Shown here piece after piece: positions 10,262 to 16,708 of a stretch of 16,708 bases of DNA. The notes below the pieces were generated by a model that was not told where the DNA came from, ran no database searches, and worked only from the letters and a program-made list of their open reading frames with translations. The stretch covers positions 23,166,501 to 23,183,208 of the forward strand of contig CM119263.1 in assembly GCA_051294375.1 (NCBI GenBank), in the 5' to 3' direction. Within the stretch, counting starts at the first letter, position 1. Every line of letters starts with the position of its first letter. The position numbers and the translations under genes were made by a program. The stretch is from Paraspadella gotoi. Its lineage: Eukaryota > Animalia > Chaetognatha.

Positions 10262-10992
10262 TGGCGCCAACTTCATTTTCTTTGTTTTTAAAGTTTTAAA
10301 TAGGTTTAGATTCGCTGAGGAATCAAGGCCGTCTGGATGGCTCTGAGTTGTAACTCAGGTCGTCCAGAGCTCGAGTTCGATGGTTCGAATCCCATAAGTG
10401 GAGGAATTATTTCTGTAATAGAATTGATTCACTCGAGCGGCCCCATGCCCCCCTGTTATAATATATGGTCTTAAATATTAGAACAAAATAATTGTTGTCG
10501 TCTATCTCGAGTGATTGAACAGAATGTTGATAAATAATATAGTAATGCTACTAAAATACAATAATATTCACAACCAGGTCTCTGTACCGGTTTAAACATG
10601 CAAAAACAACCAAAAATTATAAAAATTTGAAAAATACCAAAATACTTAAAATACTTTATATAATAAGTGTACAATTGACAGTTGGAGCGCGGAGACGGGA
10701 GGAAGACCGAGGATGCCGGGAGAAGAAGCTCCAACTGTCGATTAGGTTAACAGGGGGGTTTTATTTATTTTTTTTTTTATTCAGCATCTCTTTGAGGACG
10801 ACTGAGTAGGCTGGTCGATTACTATTGGGCATCCATGTTGTCGGCTTGTTTGAGAAGTTCTCCGACGTTGGTTTTGAAAATCTTGTCATCGTTGGCTCAT
10901 TCCCATCTTTTTTGTTGTTGTTGTTGTTCTTTTTGCTCTTTTCTTCTTCGTTCGGACCCGTCTCGCGTGGAAGCTGCAGAGTGAGAGTGAGG
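10262..10992 (-). mobile_element. Copy C: family-1 integrase tail, 3' UTR, PPT and LTR (10262-10445)
   Basis: Inverted copy of 9410-9947. Minus ORF 10761-11009 carries RFSKPTSENFS...RPAYSVVLKEML. Confidence 0.85.
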
Positions 10993-10993
10993 A

Positions 10994-12060
10994 TTGATCC
11001 AAGCGGCATTACTTCATCATCCTAGAACCGGAGCAAAACTTTGCATCATAACTTCAACGATCTTAGACGCTTTGAGCCTTGAGTGGAAAAGTGTATTCGG
11101 TACCCCGACTGTAATCACTACAGTCAGGGGAACACAATTCAACTCAGCTTTGTGGAGACAACTGATGAAACAATGGGGGATAAAGCATCAGCTCACGACA
11201 GCGACAAGGACAACGGCCTTGTCGAGCGCTTTCACAGGCGACTCAAAGAATCGCTCATTGCCTTTGCAAAGGAAAATCGAGACAAATGGTTTTGGAAATT
11301 GCCGATAAGAACAACGATAAAAGAAGACATCGGCAGACATGGTCTTCGGGGAAGGCATTAGCGTCCCCGGATGCATCAAAAACCCGTTATCCATCTCCCG
11401 ACCAATCTCGACACACGTTTTCGTCAGGCGAGCAGGCGTTCACCCTCCACTTACAGCACCATATGAAGGACCTTACCGTGTAGTGAATCGCAACGGCCTT
11501 AACGTCACCATCAAAATCCCAAGTAAAGGCCGCAAAACGCTAAACATCGCCCGCGTCAAACCAGCGTGGGTTTCCGACGAGACGTTGGAGGTCGATCAGG
11601 GACATCCTCAGCGACGCCCAGCAGGCCGCCAGCCCGGCCTACGAACGAGGACGCCGGCAGAAACAACTCGGACAACTTGTTCAAATATTCAACGCACAGC
11701 GTCGCCCGAACCAGTTCCTCCTCCTCCTCCTCCTTCCCCCTCTCACTCCCACCAACCACCCCCACCCTTCCCACCCCGACCCACCCTCGCCTCCCCTTTA
11801 CATTTTTTCCTCCCTCCCTCTCTCCTCAGCCTCCACGCGAGACGAGTCAATCCCCAGAAGTGAGAAGAGAGAATCACAACAACAACAACAACGAAAAAGT
11901 AAAAAAAAAAACAAACGATCGAAAGATTCTCAAAACCAACGCCAGAAAACTTTTCGACCCACTTACTCTGTCATGCTCAAGGAGATGCTTCGACGTCAAA
12001 AAATACAGAATGACAACAACGAAGAAAACAAAAAAAACCTCCCCCTGTCGACCTAATTGA
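10994..12060 (+). pseudogene. Ty3/Gypsy pol remnant, copy D (family 2): RT-RNaseH tether fragment fused to integrase core, GPY/F and tail
   Basis: AALLHHPRTGAKL (tether-like); WKSVFGTPTVITTVRGTQFNSALW (catalytic D mutated to V); NGLVERFHRRLKESL; HVFVRRAGVHPPLTAPYEGPYRVV...LNIARVKPA. The tail has RFSKPTPENFS and TYSVMLKEML. Multiple frameshifting deletions. Confidence 0.93.
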
Positions 12061-12353
12061 CAGTCGGAGCATCTTTGTCCCGGCATCCTCGGTCTTCCTC
12101 CCGTCCCCTCGCTCCGACTGTCAATATTACATCGTTACCCATAGTGTTTTTGTATTTTGTAAATTTTTGTTGTTGTTATTTTGGAAATTTTTCAACGTGC
12201 ACGTTTTAAACCGGTCTTTAGACCTTGTTGTATATATTATTATACATATTATATATTTTGATATATTTATTATCAACATACTTTCAGTCACACAAGATGG
12301 ACGACAACATTTTTGTTTTAATATATTTAACCATATATTACAACAGGGGGGCA

Positions 12354-12570
12354 TGTGGCCACTTGAGCGAATCAGATCTTTTATAGAAATAATTCATCCA
12401 TGGTTGGATTTGAACCGTCGAACTCAAGTTCTGAGTGACTCGAGCTTCAGCTCTGGGCCACTCAGACGGCCCTGATTTCTCAGCAATTTTGTTTTCATTT
12501 AAAGCTTTAAATCTCGATTTAGATTTTCTTAAAACAGTTGCTCTGTTCATCAAAAGATGTCTTGGCGCCA
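12354..12570 (+). mobile_element. 3' LTR of copy D (family 2), 217 bp
   Basis: Preceded by AGGGGGGCA. Starts TGTGGCC and ends GGCGCCA. Alignable to the family-1 LTR over its first ~130 nt. Confidence 0.75.
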
Positions 12571-12572
12571 TT

Positions 12573-13450
12573 TGGCACCAACTTTGTTTTCTTTGTTTTA
12601 AATAGGTTTAGATTCGCTGAGAAATCAAGGCCGTCTGGATGGCTCTGAGTTGTAACTCAGGTCGTCCAGAGCTCGAGTTCGATGGTTCGAATCCCATAAG
12701 TGGAAGAATTATTTCTGTAATAGATTTGATTCACTCGAGTGGCCCCATGCCCCCCTGTTATAATATATGGTCTTAAATATTAGAACAAAATAATTGTTGT
12801 CGTCTATCTTGAGTGATTGAACAGAATGTTGATAAATAATATAGTAATGCTACTAAAATACAATAATATTCACAACCAGGTCTCTGTACCGGTTTAAATA
12901 TGCAAAAACAACCAAAAATTACAAAAATTTAAAAAATACCAAAATACATAAAATACTTTATATAATAAGTGTACAATTGACAGTTGGAGCGCGGAGACGG
13001 GAGGAAGACCGAGGATGCCGGGAGAAGAAGCTCCAACTGTCGATTAGGTCGACAGGGGGGTTTTATTTTTTTTTTTTTATTCAGCAGGTGGGGGAGAGGG
13101 TGGGGGACTTGGTGAGGCCGCTTCCAGAACGCGTTCAAATGCTACAGGAAACTGTCCGCCACTTCAGGCACTGGGTCGAAGGTAGATGACGACGACGTCA
13201 CTGACAATGCAGAAAGAAAGAGAAATTCGAAACCAATTTCGAGCAAATGGCTCAAGAACAAGTTCTCAACCCAGATTTTAGCATGTTTTTGGCAGAGAGT
13301 AACGAGTTTTGGCTTCGATTTCGCCTTCGTTGAATGAGGTTGACGCTTTTTGTTGTTGACGACTGCGTTGACGTCATCTTCTTCCTCTGAATCAGTTTCT
13401 TCGATTCGCCGTTCCTCTACATGGCTGATGAGCGACGCCGACTGCTTCAC
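12573..13450 (-). mobile_element. Copy E: family-1 LTR (12573-12747), PPT, 3' UTR, collapsed integrase tail and probable gag C-terminus
   Basis: 12573-13086 is near-identical to 10262-10786, and 13087-13112 is the reverse complement of 9355-9379. Further upstream, EEEDDVNAV...LCQKHAK resembles the start of the CHCC gag knuckle of CsRn1-type elements; this part is less certain. Confidence 0.8.
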
Positions 13451-13619
13451 TCATTTCCACTCGCACGATTCCATCGAAACTTTATATCACTCTATATCCA
13501 GCTTATTCTCATCTCTCACACTGTCCTACCGACACACAAAATTTCAATCCAGTCAAACCAGGCCTTAATCACGAATTAATGTGATACTAATTGTGATTTA
13601 ATTAACAGATTAATTATTA

Positions 13620-13810
13620 GTGATGTTTTAATACATACCTTCGTTTACATTTAATATAAAAGGAAAAAGAAGAGCATAATCAGATTAGTGAAACAGGTTT
13701 CTCGCTTTTTTTTTTCATTTAAACCATTTCCACTCCAAACGATTCTCGCGATCGAAACTCATATACAAAGCTCAATTCACACACTTCCCTACCAAAATTT
13801 CGATCCAATC
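13620..13810 (+). repeat. Diverged dispersed repeat, copy 1
   Basis: Shares ordered blocks tgatgttt, acatac, tttacatttaat, agcataatca, taaaccattt and tcgaaact with 15357-15695. Confidence 0.65.
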
Positions 13811-14226
13811 CCATTCCCTCCAATCTTGCATGTAATTTGCGTTGTGTTTTTTGCTAAGGGTGGGACGGGATGCTTATACTGGGCGGTAGTCTGGACGCGG
13901 TGTTTTTCTGACATATATCTATATTTTTGCATAATTATCAGTTATACGTGATTGTTTCGTATATATGTATAACGTTAGTGCCCGACCCAGATATGGAGGG
14001 GCAGGACCGACGGCTTGACGACCGACAAAGTGAATATATAGAGTTCTGCGGAATTCTGCTGATAAGGCAGAAACCGACTAAAAAATAATATACATTAAAG
14101 AAATTACGATCAAATTCTTTAATCAAGCTATCGCTTGCTAAGATGACAGATTCCCGTTTATTTAATTGGCAAATTGAAAACCAATAGATATTTCATAAAG
14201 TTATAGGGCTTTCGCCCTCGCATTTC

Positions 14227-14514
14227 TTACCCTAGGTGCAGAGATATGAGAGATAAGATCGAGAGCAGGAAGAGAGAGAAGCGAGCGAGCAAAGACTTAC
14301 CCACAAGCAAGCCAAGGAAATTGAGGTACCACGAATGAGTTGAAGAAGACTTTGGTAAGTGGTGGGTCGTATTGCCATAATATCTCGCTAAGAAGGTGGG
14401 GTGAGTGATGGAGTTGGTCACGACAGCAAATGATGTTGGACACAATTGAACAGCCAAGTAACCTGAGAGAGAGAGCAGAGAGTATGGTGACGAAGGGACT
14501 GCCTCGGCAATCAT
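14227..14514 (-). pseudogene. Possible DIRS/Ngaro-like reverse transcriptase relic
   Basis: KSSSTHSWYLNFLGLLV matches the spacing of the KSxxxPSxxLxFLGxxI motif of DIRS-type RTs. Upstream LCPTSFAVVTNSI resembles the P..F.K helix. No YxDD is visible. Confidence 0.3.
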
Positions 14515-15356
14515 ACAGGAGCAAAAACTAAATTGAGATATCGGACCTCAATTCGAAATCACATTAGCGAAAGGTGAGCGCTGTGACGTAGATTTTACTT
14601 CTCTTCATCTTCTTTGTTCATCTTCTGGGTTCACTTCTCTTCAGACTTCTCTTCTCACTTCCTCTTTTCACTTTCTCTGTTCAATTCCTGTTTCACTCTC
14701 TTCACTTCTGTTCATTCTGCTACTTGCTGCATCTACTTCTTTCTCCACTTTCTGCACGAGTGGTACTGTTCACTTGAATTTTCACTTGATGCTTTTCTAC
14801 CGGTGTTCATCCTGGTGCCGTACTATTATTGTGCTGTCTATGTACGCTTGACCAGTAAATACGAAAGGTGAGAGTAGAGCGAGCGAGGTGTGCGAGCGAC
14901 AAGCATGTGTGTGCGCGAGGGTGGAGGTTTGTGTAGCGAGTGAGGAGGAGTGTTGAGCAGAAGCAGGATGTCGGAGGTTGTGGCGCCGACGATGCGATGA
15001 CGCGATTTAATCTGAAGTAGAGATGAATGAGGGTTGCGAAGAGAAGTTTAGTGAGATTAAGCATGCAATTAATTAATTACATTTTACATAATGAGTCACA
15101 AACATTTCTGTTAATGTTTTGTAAGTCGTGTGTTTCATTCGCACTTACACGACAAAAGCTACGGACAACAACGTGATAGCGACGACGACTAATAATCCTT
15201 ACGTCGCGGGATAAGCGATTTGACTTGATTTGATGATTAGGATGATTGATTAGAGTGTAATAAATAAATTGAATTAATTGAATACATTAATATTTATTGA
15301 TAGCATTAATTGTCAATGCATATATTAACTGGGCTGATTAATTATTTGATTAATTT

Positions 15357-15695
15357 GATGTTTATATGGTAAACATACTATGCATTTACATTTAATGGAT
15401 AAAAAGAAAAAAGCATAGCATAATCATATCGTCGAAAGAGTTTTTGTTTTTCTATAAACCATTTTGTCACCAGACGGATGCGACGAAACTTCATGCTTAA
15501 TCATCACTACTCCTACCCACATGACAATATCACTTGCTCGAATGAGTACATTGGAGACGATTCTATAATAACTAGAGATAGATCCTTGGGTTGTTTTTCC
15601 ATGTAACTCATTTTTACTTAGGACAGATTCCATTCGAAACTTTCATATATTCAGCTCATCACATACTTTCGGTACCCAACACCAAAAAAATTGCT
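15357..15695 (+). repeat. Diverged dispersed repeat, copy 2 (about 150 bp extra at 15465-15625)
   Basis: Same ordered blocks as 13620-13810. Confidence 0.6.
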
Positions 15696-16240
15696 GGGAT
15701 GAAGGTCGCTTAGCTCATTTGGGCTGAATGCATATACTCTTCGCCGCGTAACTCTATAACCGCCCAAGTCTGTAGCAGTTCATGAATCTGGGTGTTGGCT
15801 GCCCGTGTTGTAACTCAGTGCGTTGGAGTTGTATTGATCCACTCCCCAGATGGGCGCATATCATCTGGGGTGCTATATCGATGCTATTGTCTTGGATGCG
15901 TACACATGGGAAAAATGTATAGTGAAGTGTATGGGAGCTGATCCCAATATGATTTGTTCCCGTGTGTTGTTCTCTCTCTATGAGTCTGTGCTGATTCGTT
16001 CCTCCGGTAGCCGACGACCGGAAGCCTGTAAGGTGAATGGTAAGCTCCCGGAGTGGAGCTGCTCGTGTGTGAGAGATGTGGTCGTGCGGTGGTCGTGCAA
16101 GTGAAGGGAAGAGTGTCAGATATGAGAGGCGGCAGAAGATTATGGCCCTGCTTCGAAGGTGATCGTCTCTGCTCTCTTCGGCGTTCTGCTCTCTATCTCT
16201 GCTTCTGCGTGTTGTGGTGTGGGGGTGTGTTGTGTGGTTG

Positions 16241-16265
16241 NNNNNNNNNNNNNNNNNNNNNNNNN
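16241..16265. other. Assembly gap (N run)
   Basis: N bases. Confidence 1.
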
Positions 16266-16708
16266 ATAGAGTCGGGATCTGCTGATAACCAGATCCGACT
16301 AAAAATCTGGTTCCAAATGAATCACATTTTAAAGAAATCGTACTTAAAGAAAGTTAAGGCGAGGAAGAAAGATGCGCTTATTGATTTTACCAACGATTCC
16401 GTCGCCAATGCAATGGAGTGTACTCAGCTCACTTCAGTGGTTCTGGCAAAACCTGAAACAAAAAATCTAATCGACCACGAATACTATTTTTTTTTTTTGC
16501 CGTATTTTTTCACTTTTTTTAAACGACGCCTTACCTACTTTTTTTGCTATTGCAACATGCAATTTTCAAAATCAATTATGATTTAATTTTTTGTTCGCAG
16601 AGAGAAAAAAAAATTCATTCAATTTAATCAACGAAGTCAACCCTAACGACGAGGACAAGGAAGCAGATCGAAACAAAAGCGCATCCTCTCCGAAAAAAAA
16701 ACAAAGGA

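Noticed and set aside
10315-10321. Hammerhead core CUGANGA
   Set aside because: Family 2 reads CTGAGAA, no properly placed GAAA or stem II follows, and the motif sits inside a predicted stem.
10327-10400. tRNA gene, tRNA-SINE or SRP/Alu-like RNA
   Set aside because: A B-box is present, but there is no acceptor stem or proper T-stem. The GGCCG..TGGC..TGTA similarity to Alu is superficial, and the sequence is always embedded in the LTR.
15850-15920. RT-like YIDAIV...TWE
   Set aside because: Catalytic DD is absent, spacing to the FGL-like motif is wrong, and stops intervene.

Overview
Repeat-rich scaffold window with three N gaps, most likely from an invertebrate-type eukaryote (AT-rich, CpG-rich islands, many microsatellites). 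No host gene is confidently recognisable; an open R/E/K-rich frame runs off the left edge on the minus strand. The main content is a cluster at about 7980-13450 of five 3' halves of two related Ty3/Gypsy LTR retrotransposon families, whose integrase motifs resemble the CsRn1 clade. They are arranged A(+) B(-) C(-) D(+) E(-). Each carries a G-run PPT and a short 175-219 bp TG...CA LTR. Notable points: (i) family-1 and family-2 LTRs are joined tail-to-tail through exactly 2 nt (CA-AA-TG), twice, in inverted orientation; (ii) the LTRs fold into a multi-stem structure with compensatory changes between families, G-U pairs that work only on the antisense strand, and a Pol III B-box; (iii) the 3' UTR has a covarying hairpin with an invariant 28-nt loop core, plus a C-run complementary to the PPT; (iv) an 819-bp Foldback/MULE-like element with minisatellite arms and a 9-bp TSD interrupts integrase A. 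All alignments and folds were done by eye.
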